64,000 nucleotides of DNA from Auanema rhodensis (Eukaryota > Animalia > Nematoda): NCBI GenBank assembly GCA_964057225.1, contig OZ059896.1, positions 434,001 through 498,000 on the forward strand, read 5' to 3'. How positions within the stretch are numbered: position 1 is the first letter of the stretch; every line of letters starts with the position of its first letter. A program made the translations under genes and the position numbers. This document shows, piece after piece, positions 1-14,128 of the stretch. Under the pieces are notes generated by a model. The model saw nothing but the letters and a program-made list of their open reading frames with translations, ran no database searches and was not told the DNA's origin.

Positions 1-3000
1 CTCTTCATCTTTCACGTGAAGCGAGTTACATACCAAGTGCACATCACGTGTACATTTAATTAGCATAAATTAAAGTTCACGTAAATTTCAAAGTCATGGT
101 TACCATGCACAAATATCAATAAAAATTTGTTTTTAGACTAATATGGACATGGGGAATCTAATTTTGAAAACCGCATCTCTTTATCTTTCACGTGAAGCGA
201 GTTACATACCAAGTGCACATCACGTGTACATTTAATTAGCATAAATTAAAGTTCACGTAAATTTCAAAGTCATGGTTACCATGCACCAATATCAATAAAA
301 ATTTGTTTTTAGACTAATATGGACATGGGGAATCTAATTTTGAAAACCGCATCTCTTTATCTTTCACGTGGAGCGAGTTACATACCAAGTGCACATCACG
401 TGTACATTTAATTAGCATAAATTAAAGTTCACGTAAATTTCAAAGTCATGGTTACCATGAAGCAATATCAATAAAAATTTGTTTTTAGACTAATATGGAC
501 ATGGGGAATCTAATTTTGAAAACCGCATCTCTTTATCTTTCACGTGAAGCGAGTTACATACCAAGTGCACATCACGTGTACATTTAATTAGCATAAATTA
601 AAGTTCACGTAAATTTCAAAGTCATGGTTACCATGAAGCAATATCAATAAAAATTTGTTTTTAGACTAATATGGACATGGGGAATCTAATTTTGAAAACC
701 GCATCTCTTTATCTTTCACGTGAAGCGAGTTACATACCAAGTGCACATCACGTGTACATTTAATTAGCATAAATTAAAGTTCACGTAAATTTCAAAGTCA
801 TGGTTACCATGAACCAATATCAATAAAAATTTGTTTTTAGACTAATATGGACATGGGGAATCTAATTTTGAAAACCGCATTTCTTTATTTTTCACGTGAA
901 GCGAGTTACATACCAAGTGCACATCACGTGTACATTTAATTAGCATAAATTAAAGTTCACGTAAAATTCAAAGTCATGGTTACCATGAACCAATATCAAT
1001 AAAAATTTGTTTTTAGACTAATATGGACATGGGGAATCTAATTTTGAAAACCGCATCTCTTTATCTTTCACGTGAAGCGAGTTACATACCAAGTGCACAT
1101 CACGTGTACATTTAATTAGCATAAATTAAAGTTCACGTAAATTTCAAAGTCATGGTTACCATGCACCAATATCAATAAAAATTTGTTTTTAGACTAATAT
1201 GCACATGGGGAATCTAATTTTGAAAACCGCATCTCTTTATCTTTCACGTGAAGCGAGTTACATACCAAGTGCACATCACGTGTACATTTAATTAGCATAA
1301 ATTAAAGTTCACGTAAATTTCAAAGTCATGGTTACCATGAACCAATATCAATAAAAATTTGTTTTTAGACTAATATGGACATGGGGAATCTAATTTTGAA
1401 AACCGCATCTCTTTATCTTTCACGTGAAGCGAGTTACATACCAAGTGCACATCACGTGTACATTTAATTAGCATAAATTAAAGTTCACGTAAATTTCAAA
1501 GTCATGGTTACCATGAACCAATATCAATAAAAATTTGTTTTTAGACTAATATGGACATGGGGAATCTAATTTTGAAAACCGCATCTCTTTATCTTTCACG
1601 TGAAGCGAGTTACATACCAAGTGCACATCACGTGTACATTTAATTAGCATAAATTAAAGTTCACGTAAATTTCAAAGTCATGGTTACCATGAACCAATAT
1701 CAATAAAAATTTGTTTTTAGACTAATATGGACATGAGGAATCTAATTTTGAAAACCGCATCTCTTCATCTTTCACGTGAAGCGAGTTACATACCAAGTGC
1801 ACATCACGTGTACATTTAATTAGCATAAATTAAAGTTCACGTAAATTTCAAAGTCATGGTTACCATTCACCAATATCGATAAAAATTTGTTTTTAGACTA
1901 ATATGGACATGGGGAATCTAATTTTGAAAACCGCATCTCTTTATCTTTCACGTGAAGCGAGTTACATACCAAGTGCACATCACGTGTACATTTAATTAGC
2001 ATAAATTAAAGTTCACGTAAATTTCAAAGTCATGGTTACCATGAACCAATATCAATAAAATTTGTTTTTAGACTAATATGGACATGGGGAATCTAATTTT
2101 GAAAACCGCATCTCTTTATCTTTCACGTGAAGCGAGTTACATACCAAGTGCACATCACGTGTACATTTAATTAGCATAAATTAAAGTTCACGTAAATTTC
2201 AAAGTCATGGTTACCATGAAGCAATACCAATAAAAATTTGTTTTTAGACTAATATGGACATGGGGAATCTAATTTTGAAAACCGCATCTCTTTATCTTTC
2301 ACGTGAAGCGAGTTACATACCAAGTGCACATCACGTGTACATTTAATTAGCATAAATTAAAGTTCACGTAAAATTCAAAGTCATGGTTACCATGAACCAA
2401 TATCAATAAAATTTGTTTTTAGACTAATATGGACATGGGGAATCTAATTTTGAAAACCGCATCTCTTTATCTTTCACGTGAAGCGAGTTACATACCAAGT
2501 GCACATCACGTGTACATTTAATTAGCATTAATTAAAGTTCACGTAAATTTCAAAGTCATGGTTACCATGAACCAATATCAATAAAAATTTGTTTTTAGAC
2601 TAATATGGACATGGGGAATCTAATTTTGAAAACCGCATTTCTTTATCTTTCACGTGAAGCGAGTTACATACCAAGTGCACATCACGTGTACATTTAATTA
2701 GCATAAATTAAAGTTCACGTAAAATTCAAAGTCATGGTTACCATGAACCAATATCAATAAAAATTTGTTTTTAGACTACTATGGACATGGGGAATCTAAT
2801 TTTGAAAACCGCATCTCTTTATCTTTCACGTGAAGCGAGTTACATACCAAGTGCACATCACGTGTACATTTAATTAGCATAAATTAAAGTTCACGTATAT
2901 TTCAAAGTCTTGGTTACCATGAACCAATATCAATAAAAATTTGTTTTTAGACTACTATGGACATGGGGAATCTAATTTTGAAAACCGCATCTCTTTATCT

Positions 3001-6000
3001 TTCACGTGAAGCGAGTTACATACCAAGTGCACATCACGTGTACATTTAATTAGCATAAATTAAAGTTCACGTATATTTCAAAGTCTTGGTTACCATGAAC
3101 TAATATCAATAAAAATTTGTTTTTAGACTAATATGGACATGGGGAATCTAATTTTGAAAACCGCATCTCTTTATCTTTCACGTGAAGCGAGTTACATACC
3201 AAGTGCACATCACGTGTACATTTAATTAGCATTAATTAAAGTTCACGTAAATTTCAAAGTCATGGTTACCATGAACCAATATCAATAAAAATTTGTTTTT
3301 AGACTAATATGGACATGGGGAATCTAATTTTGAAAACCGCATCTCTTTATCTTTCACGTGAAGCGAGTTACATACCAAGTGCACATCACGTGTACATTTA
3401 ATTAGCATAAATTAAAGTTCACGTAAATTTCAAAGTCATGGTTACCATGAACCAATATCAATAAAAATTTGTTTTGAGACTAATATGGACATGGGGAATC
3501 TAATTTTGAAAACCGCATCTCTTTATCTTTCACGTGAAGCAAGTTACATACCAAGTGCACATCACGTGTACATTTAATTAGCATAAATTAAAGTTCACGT
3601 AAATTTCAAAGTCATGGTTACCATGAACCAATATCAATAAAAATTTGTTTTTAGACTAATATGGACATGGGGAATCTAATTTTGAAAACCGCATCTCTTT
3701 ATCTTTCACGTGAAGCGAGTTACATACCAAGTGCACATCACGTGTACATTTAATTAGCATAAATTAAAGTTCACGTAAATTTCAAAGTCATGGTTACCAT
3801 GAACCAATATCAATAAAAATTTGTTTTTAGACTAATATGGACATGGGGAATCTAATTTTGAAAACCGCATCTCTTTATCTTTCACGTGAAGCGAGTTACA
3901 TACCAAGTGCACACCACGTGTACATTTAATTAGCATAAATTAAAGTTCACGTAAATTTCAAAGTCATGGTTACCATGAACCAATATCAATAAAAATTTGT
4001 TTTTAGACTAATATGGACATGGGGAATCTAATTTTGAAAACCGCATCTCTTTATCTTTCACGTGAAGCGAGTTACATACCAAGTGCACATCACGTGTACA
4101 TTTAATTAGCATAAATTAAAGTTCACGTAAATTTCAAAGTCATGGTTACCATGAACCAATATCAATAAAAATTTGTTTTTAGACTAATATGGACATGAGG
4201 AATCTAATTTTGAAAACCGCATCTCTTCATCTTTCACGTGAAGCGAGTTACATACCAAGTGCACATCACGTGTACATTTAATTAGCATAAATTAAAGTTC
4301 ACGTAAATTTCAAAGTCATGGTTACCATGCACCAATATCAATAAAAATTTGTTTTTAGACTAATATAGACATGGGGAATCTAATTTTGAAAACCGCATCT
4401 CTTTATCTTTCACGTGAAGCGAGTTACATACCAAGTGTACATCACGTGTACATTTAATTAGCATAAATTAAAGTTCACGTAAATTTCAAAGTCATGGTTA
4501 CCATGAAGCAATATCAATAAAAATTTGTTTTTAGACTAATATGGACATGGGGAATCTAATTTTGAAAACCGCATCTCTTCATCTTTCACGTGAAGCGAGT
4601 TACATACCAAGTGCACATCACGTGTACATTTAATTAGCATAAATTAAAGTTCACGTAAAATTCAAAGTCATGGTTACCATGAACCAATATCAATAAAAAT
4701 TTGTTTTTAGACTAATATGGACATGGGGAATCTAATTTTGAAAACCGCATCTCTTTATCTTTCACGTGAAGCGAGTTACATACCAAGTGCACATCACGTG
4801 TACATTTAATTAGCATAAATTAAAGTTCACGTAAATTTCAAAGTCATGGTTACCATGAACCAATATCAATAAAAATTTGTTTTTAGACTAATATGGACAT
4901 GAGGAATCTAATTTTGAAAACCGCATCTCTTCATCTTTCACGTGAAGCGAGTTACATACCAAGTGCACATCACGTGTACATTTAATTAGCATAAATTAAA
5001 GTTCACGTAAATTTCAAAGTCATGGTTACCATTCACCAATATCAATAAAAATTTGTTTTTAGACTAATATGGACATGGGGAATCTAATTTTGAAAACCGC
5101 ATCTCTTTATCTTTCACGTGAAGCGAGTTACATACCAAGTACACATCACGTGTACATTTAATTAGCATAAATTAAAGTTCACGTAAATTTCAAAGTCATG
5201 GTTACCATGAACCAATATCAATAAAAATTTGTTTTTAGACTAATATGGACATGGGGAATCTAATTTTGAAAACCGCATCTCTTTATCTTTCACGTGAAGC
5301 GAGTTACATACCAAGTGCACATCACGTGTACATTTAATTAGCATAAATTAAAGTTCACGTAAATTTCAAAGTCATGGTTACCATGAAGCAATATCAATAA
5401 AAATTTGTTTTTAGACTAATATGGACATGGGGAATCTAATTTTGAAAACCGCATCTCTTTATCTTTCACGTGAAGCGAGTTACATACCAAGTGCACATCA
5501 CGTGTACATTTAATTAGCATAAATTAAAGTTCACGTAAATTTCAAAGTCATGGTTACCATGAACCAATATCAATAAAAATTTGTTTTTAGACTAATATGG
5601 ACATGGGGAATCTAATTTTGAAAACCGCATCTCTTTATCTTTCACGTGAAGCGAGTTACATACCAAGTGCACATCACGTGTACATTTAATTAGCATAAAT
5701 TAAAGTTCACGTAAATTTCAAAGTCATGGTTACCATGAACCAATATCAATAAAAATTTGTTTTTAGACTAATATGGACATGGGGAATCTAATTTTGAAAA
5801 CCGCATCTCTTTATCTTTCACGTGAAGCGAGTTACATACCAAGTGCACATCACGTGTACATTTAATTAGCATAAATTAAAGTTCACGTAAATTTCAAAGT
5901 CATGGTTACCATGAACCAATATCAATAAAAATTTGTTTTTAGACTAATATGGACATGGGGAATCTAATTTTGAAAACCGCATCTCTTTATCTTTCACGTG

Positions 6001-9000
6001 AAGCGAGTTACATACCAAGTGCACATCACGTGTACATTTAATTAGCATAAATTAAAGTTCACGTAAATTTCAAAGTCATGGTTACCATGAAGCAATATCA
6101 ATAAAAATTTGTTTTTAGACTAATATGGACATGGGGAATCTAATTTTGAAAACCGCATCTCTTTATCTTTCACGTGAAGCGAGTTACATACCAAGTGCAC
6201 ATCACGTGTACATTTAATTAGCATAAATTAAAGTTCACGTAAATTTCAAAGTCATGGTTACCATGAACCAATATCAATAAAAATTTGTTTTTAGACTAAT
6301 ATGGACATGGGGAATCTAATTTTGAAAACCGCATCTCTTTATCTTTCACGTGAAGCGAGTTACATACCAAGTGCACATCACGTGTACATTTAATTAGCAT
6401 AAATTAAAGTTCACGTAAATTTCAAAGTCATGGTTACCATGAACCAATATCAATAAAAATTTGTTTTTAGACTAATATGGACATGGGGAATCTAATTTTG
6501 AAAACCGCATCTCTTTATCTTTCACGTGAAGCGAGTTACATACCAAGTGCACATCACGTGTACATTTAATTAGCATAAATTAAAGTTCACGTAAATTTCA
6601 AAGTCATGGTTACCATGAACCAATATCAATAAAAATTTGTTTTTAGACTAATATGGACATGGGGAATCTAATTTTGAAAACCGCATCTCTTTATCTTTCA
6701 CGTGAAGCGAGTTACATACCAAGTGCACACCACGTGTACATTTAATTAGCATAAATTAAAGTTCACGTAAATTTCAAAGTCATGGTTACCATGAACCAAT
6801 ATCAATAAAAATTTGTTTTTAGACTAATATGGACATGAGGAATCTAATTTTGAAAACCGCATCTCTTCATCTTTCACGTGAAGCGAGTTACATACCAAGT
6901 GCACATCACGTGTACATTTAATTAGCATAAATTAAAGTTCACGTAAATTTCAAAGTCATGGTTACCATGCACCAATATCAATAAAAATTTGTTTTTAGAC
7001 TAATATAGACATGGGGAATCTAATTTTGAAAACCGCATCTCTTTATCTTTCACGTGAAGCGAGTTACATACCAAGTGCACATCACGTGTACATTTAATTA
7101 GCATAAATTAAAGTTCACGTAAATTTCAAAGTCATGGTTACCATGAAGCAATACCAATAAAAATTTGTTTTTAGACTAATATGGACATGGGGAATCTAAT
7201 TTTGAAAACCGCATCTCTTTATCTTTCACGTGAAGCGAGTTACATACCAAGTGCACAACACGTGTACATTTAATTAGCATAAATTAAAGTTCACGTAAAA
7301 TTCAAAGTCATGGTTACCATGAACCAATATCAATAAAAATTTGTTTTTAGACTAATATGGACATGGGGAATCTAATTTTGAAAACCGCATCTCTTTATCT
7401 TTCACGTGAAGCGAGTTACATACCAAGTGCACATCACGTGTACATTTAATTAGCATAAATTAAAGTTCACGTAAATTTCAAAGTCATGGTTACCATGAAC
7501 CAATATCAATAAAAATTTGTTTTTAGACTACTATGGACATGGGAAATCTAATTTTGAAAACCGCATCTCTTTATCTTTCACGTGAAGCGAGTTACATACC
7601 AAGTGCACATCACGTGTACATTTAATTAGCATAAATTAAAGTTCACGTATATTTCAAAGTCTTGGTTACCATGAACTAATATCAATAAAAATTTGTTTTT
7701 AGACTAATATGGACATGGGGAATCTAATTTTGAAAACCGCATCTCTTTATCTTTCACGTGAAGCGAGTTACATACCAAGTGCACATCACGTGTACATTTA
7801 ATTAGCATAAATTAAAGTTCACGTAAATTTCAAAGTCATGGTTACCATGAAGCAATATCAATAAAAATTTGTTTTTAGACTAATATGGACATGGGGAATC
7901 TAATTTTGAAAACCGCATCTCTTTATCTTTCACGTGAAGCGAGTTACATACCAAGTGCACATCACGTGTACATTTAATTAGCATAAATTAAAGTTCACGT
8001 AAATTTCAAAGTCATGGTTACCATGAACCAATATCAATAAAAATTTGTTTTTAGACTAATATGGACATGGGGAATCTAATTTTGAAAACCGCATCTCTTT
8101 ATCTTTCACGTGAAGCGAGTTACATACCAAGTGCACATCACGTGTACATTTAATTAGCATAAATTAAAGTTCACGTAAATTTCAAAGTCATGGTTACCAT
8201 GAACCAATATCAATAAAAATTTGTTTTTAGACTAATATGGACATGGGGAATCTAATTTTGAAAACCGCATCTCTTTATCTTTCACGTGAAGCGAGTTACA
8301 TACCAAGTGCACATCACGTGTACATTTAATTAGCATAAATTAAAGTTCACGTAAATTTCAAAGTCATGGTTACCATGAACCAATATCAATAAAAATTTGT
8401 TTTTAGACTAATATGGACATGGGGAATCTAATTTTGAAAACCGCATCTCTTTATCTTTCACGTGAAGCGAGTTACATACCAAGTGCACACCACGTGTACA
8501 TTTAATTAGCATAAATTAAAGTTCACGTAAATTTCAAAGTCATGGTTACCATAAACCAATATCAATAAAAATTTGTTTTTAGACTAATATGGACATGGGG
8601 AATCTAATTTTGAAAACCGCATCTCTTTATCTTTCACGTGAAGCGAGTTACATACCAAGTGCACATCACGTGTACATTTAATTAGCATAAATTAAAGTTC
8701 ACGTAAATTTCAAAGTCATGGTTACCATGAACCAATATCAATAAAAATTTGTTTTTAGACTAATATGGACATGAGGAATCTAATTTTGAAAACCGCATCT
8801 CTTCATCTTTCACGTGAAGCGAGTTACATACCAAGTGCACATCACGTGTACATTTAATTAGCATAAATTAAAGTTCACGTAAAATTCAAAGTCATGGTTA
8901 CCATGAACCAATATCAATAAAAATTTGTTTTTAGACTAATATGGACATGGGGAATCTAATTTTGAAAACCGCATCTCTTTATCTTTCACGTGAAGCGAGT

Positions 9001-12000
9001 TACATACCAAGTGCACATCACGTGTACATTTAATTAGCATTAATTAAAGTTCACGTAAATTTCAAAGTCATGGTTACCATGAACCAATATCAATAAAAAT
9101 TTGTTTTTAGACTAATATGGACATGGGGAATCTAATTTTGAAAACCGCATTTCTTTATCTTTCACGTGAAGCGAGTTACATACCAAGTGCACATCACGTG
9201 TACATTTAATTAGCATAAATTAAAGTTCACGTAAAATTCAAAGTCATGGTTACCATGAACCAATATCAATAAAAATTTGTTTTTAGACTACTATGGACAT
9301 GGGGAATCTAATTTTGAAAACCGCATCTCTTTATCTTTCACGTGAAGCGAGTTACATACCAAGTGCACATCACGTGTACATTTAATTAGCATAAATTAAA
9401 GTTCACGTAAATTTCAAAGTCATGGTTACCATGAACCAATATCAATAAAAATTTGTTTTTAGACTAATATGGACATGGGGAATCTAATTTTGAAAACCGC
9501 ATCTCTTTATCTTTCACGTGAAGCGAGTTACATACCAAGTGCACACCACGTGTACATTTAATTAGCATAAATTAAAGTTCACGTAAATTTCAAAGTCATG
9601 GTTACCATGAACCAATATCAATAAAAATTTGTTTTTAGACTAATATGGACATGAGGAATCTAATTTTGAAAACCGCATCTCTTCATCTTTCACGTGAAGC
9701 GAGTTACATACCAAGTGCACATCACGTGTACATTTAATTAGCATAAATTAAAGTTCACGTAAATTTCAAAGTCATGGTTACCATGCACCAATATCAATAA
9801 AAATTTGTTTTTAGACTAATATAGACATGGGGAATCTAATTTTGAAAACCGCATCTCTTTATCTTTCACGTGAAGCGAGTTACATACCAAGTGCACATCA
9901 CGTGTACATTTAATTAGCATAAATTAAAGTTCACGTAAATTTCAAAGTCATGGTTACCATGAAGCAATACCAATAAAAATTTGTTTTTAGACTAATATGG
10001 ACATGGGGAATCTAATTTTGAAAACCGCATCTCTTTATCTTTCACGTGAAGCGAGTTACATACCAAGTGCACAACACGTGTACATTTAATTAGCATAAAT
10101 TAAAGTTCACGTAAAATTCAAAGTCATGGTTACCATGAACCAATATCAATAAAAATTTGTTTTTAGACTAATATGGACATGGGGAATCTAATTTTGAAAA
10201 CCGCATCTCTTTATCTTTCACGTGAAGCGAGTTACATACCAAGTGCACATCACGTGTACATTTAATTAGCATAAATTAAAGTTCACGTAAATTTCAAAGT
10301 CATGGTTACCATGAACCAATATCAATAAAAATTTGTTTTTAGACTACTATGGACATGGGGAATCTAATTTTGAAAACCGCATCTCTTTATCTTTCACGTG
10401 AAGCGAGTTACATACCAAGTGCACATCACGTGTACATTTAATTAGCATAAATTAAAGTTCACGTATATTTCAAAGTCTTGGTTACCATGAACTAATATCA
10501 ATAAAAATTTGTTTTTAGACTAATATGGACATGGGGAATCTAATTTTGAAAACCGCATCTCTTTATCTTTCACGTGAAGCGAGTTACATACCAAGTGCAC
10601 ATCACGTGTACATTTAATTAGCATAAATTAAAGTTCACGTAAATTTCAAAGTCATGGTTACCATGAAGCAATATCAATAAAAATTTGTTTTTAGACTAAT
10701 ATGGACATGGGGAATCTAATTTTGAAAACCGCATCTCTTTATCTTTCACGTGAAGCGAGTTACATACCAAGTGCACATCACGTGTACATTTAATTAGCAT
10801 AAATTAAAGTTCACGTAAATTTCAAAGTCATGGTTACCATGAACCAATATCAATAAAAATTTGTTTTTAGACTAATATGGACATGGGGAATCTAATTTTG
10901 AAAACCGCATCTCTTTATCTTTCACGTGAAGCGAGTTACATACCAAGTGCACATCACGTGTACATTTAATTAGCATAAATTAAAGTTCACGTAAATTTCA
11001 AAGTCATGGTTACCATGAACCAATATCAATAAAAATTTGTTTTTAGACTAATATGGACATGGGGAATCTAATTTTGAAAACCGCATCTCTTTATCTTTCA
11101 CGTGAAGCGAGTTACATACCAAGTGCACATCACGTGTACATTTAATTAGCATAAATTAAAGTTCACGTAAATTTCAAAGTCATGGTTACCATGAACCAAT
11201 ATCAATAAAAATTTGTTTTTAGACTAATATGGACATGGGGAATCTAATTTTGAAAACCGCATCTCTTTATCTTTCACGTGAAGCGAGTTACATACCAAGT
11301 GCACACCACGTGTACATTTAATTAGCATAAATTAAAGTTCACGTAAATTTCAAAGTCATGGTTACCATGAACCAATATCAATAAAAATTTGTTTTTAGAC
11401 TAATATGGACATGGGGAATCTAATTTTGAAAACCGCATCTCTTTATCTTTCACGTGAAGCGAGTTACATACCAAGTGCACATCACGTGTACATTTAATTA
11501 GCATAAATTAAAGTTCACGTAAATTTCAAAGTCATGGTTACCATGAACCAATATCAATAAAAATTTGTTTTTAGACTAATATGGACATGAGGAATCTAAT
11601 TTTGAAAACCGCATCTCTTCATCTTTCACGTGAAGCGAGTTACATACCAAGTGCACATCACGTGTACATTTAATTAGCATAAATTAAAGTTCACGTAAAA
11701 TTCAAAGTCATGGTTACCATGAACCAATATCAATAAAAATTTGTTTTTAGACTAATATGGACATGGGGAATCTAATTTTGAAAACCGCATCTCTTTATCT
11801 TTCACGTGAAGCGAGTTACATACCAAGTGCACATCACGTGTACATTTAATTAGCATTAATTAAAGTTCACGTAAATTTCAAAGTCATGGTTACCATGAAC
11901 CAATATCAATAAAAATTTGTTTTTAGACTAATATGGACATGGGGAATCTAATTTTGAAAACCGCATTTCTTTATCTTTCACGTGAAGCGAGTTACATACC

Positions 12001-14128
12001 AAGTGCACATCACGTGTACATTTAATTAGCATAAATTAAAGTTCACGTAAAATTCAAAGTCATGGTTACCATGAACCAATATCAATAAAAATTTGTTTTT
12101 AGACTACTATGGACATGGGGAATCTAATTTTGAAAACCGCATCTCTTTATCTTTCACGTGAAGCGAGTTACATACCAAGTGCACATCACGTGTACATTTA
12201 ATTAGCATAAATTAAAGTTCACGTATATTTCAAAGTCTTGGTTACCATGAACTAATATCAATAAAAATTTGTTTTTAGACTAATATGGACATGGGGAATC
12301 TAATTTTGAAAACCGCATCTCTTTATCTTTCACGTGAAGCGAGTTACATACCAAGTGCACATCACGTGTACATTTAATTAGCATAAATTAAAGTTCACGT
12401 AAATTTCAAAGTCATGGTTACCATGAACCAATATCAATAAAAATTTGTTTTTAGACTAATATGGACATGGGGAATCTAATTTTGAAAACCGCATCTCTTT
12501 ATCTTTCACGTGAAGCGAGTTACATACCAAGTGCACATCACGTGTACATTTAATTAGTATAAATTAAAGTTCACGTAAATTTCAAAGTCATGGTTACCAT
12601 GAACCAATATCAATAAAAATTTGTTTTTAGACTAATATGGACATGGGGAATCTAATTTTGAAAACCGCATCTCTTTATCTTTCACGTGAAGCGAGTTACA
12701 TACCAAGTGCACATCACTGGTACATTTAATTAGCATAAATTAAAGTTCACGTAAATTTCAAAGTCATGGTTACCATGCACCAATATAAATAAAAAGTTGT
12801 TTTTAGACTAATATGGACATGGGGAATCTAATTTTGAAAACCGCATCTCTTTATCTTTCACGTGAAGCGAGTTACATACCAAGTGCACATCACGTGTACA
12901 TTTAATTAGCATAAATTAAAGTTCACGTAAATTTCAAAGTCATGGTTACCATGAAGCAATACCAATAAAAATTTGTTTTTAGACTAATATGGACATGGGG
13001 AATCTAATTTTGAAAACCGCATCTCTTTATCTTTCACGTGAAGCGAGTTACATACCAAGTGCACAACACGTGTACATTTAATTAGCATAAATTAAAGTTC
13101 ACGTAAAATTCAAAGTCATGGTTACCATGAACCAATATCAATAAAAATTTGTTTTTAGACTAATATGGACATGGGGAATCTAATTTTGAAAACCGCATCT
13201 CTTTATCTTTCACGTGAAGCGAGTTACATACCAAGTGCACATCACGTGTACATTTAATTAGCATAAATTAAAGTTCACGTAAATTTCAAAGTCATGGTTA
13301 CCATGAACCAATATCAATAAAAATTTGTTTTTAGACTACTATGGACATGGGGAATCTAATTTTGAAAACCGCATCTCTTTATCTTTCACGTGAAGCGAGT
13401 TACATACCAAGTGCACATCACGTGTACATTTAATTAGCATAAATTAAAGTTCACGTATATTTCAAAGTCTTGGTTACCATGAACTAATATCAATAAAAAT
13501 TTGTTTTTAGACTAATATGGACATGGGGAATCTAATTTTGAAAACCGCATCTCTTTATCTTTCACGTGAAGCGAGTTACATACCAAGTGCACATCACGTG
13601 TACATTTAATTAGCATAAATTAAAGTTCACGTAAATTTCAAAGTCATGGTTACCATGAACCAATATCAATAAAAATTTGTTTTTAGACTACTATGGACAT
13701 GGGGAATCTAATTTTGAAAACCGCATCTCTTTATCTTTCACGTGAAGCGAGTTACATACCAAGTGCACATCACGTGTACATTTAATTAGCATAAATTAAA
13801 GTTCACGTATATTTCAAAGTCTTGGTTACCATGAACTAATATCAATAAAAATTTGTTTTTAGACTAATATGGACATGGGGAATCTAATTTTGAAAACCGC
13901 ATCTCTTTATCTTTCACGTGAAGCGAGTTACATACCAAGTGCACATCACGTGTACATTTAATTAGCATAAATTAAAGTTCACGTAAATTTCAAAGTCATG
14001 GTTACCATGAAGCAATATCAATAAAAATTTGTTTTTAGACTAATATGGACATGGGGAATCTAATTTTGAAAACCGCATCTCTTTATCTTTCACGTGAAGC
14101 GAGTTACATACCAAGTGCACATCACGTG
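1..14128. repeat. 176-bp satellite DNA array, left arm (~80 monomers)
   Basis: Period of 176 bp read directly (CTCTT at 1, 177, 353...). Consensus CTCTTTATCTTTCACGTGAAGCGAGTTACATACCAAGTGCACATCACGTGTACATTTAATTAGCATAAATTAAAGTTCACGTAAATTTCAAAGTCATGGTTACCATGAACCAATATCAATAAAAATTTGTTTTTAGACTAATATGGACATGGGGAATCTAATTTTGAAAACCGCAT, 56/176 GC. Monomers differ by only a few substitutions. Confidence 0.99.
14124..14128 (+). repeat. Target-site duplication, left copy (ACGTG)
   Basis: The satellite reads ...CACATCACGTG and then breaks off. It resumes at 20077 as ACGTGTACATTT, so ACGTG is present twice. Confidence 0.8.

Noticed and set aside
143-238. Short ORF in each satellite monomer (MDMGNLILKTASLYLSREASYIPSAHHVYI)
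   Set aside because: About 30 codons, expected by chance, with no evidence of coding constraint.
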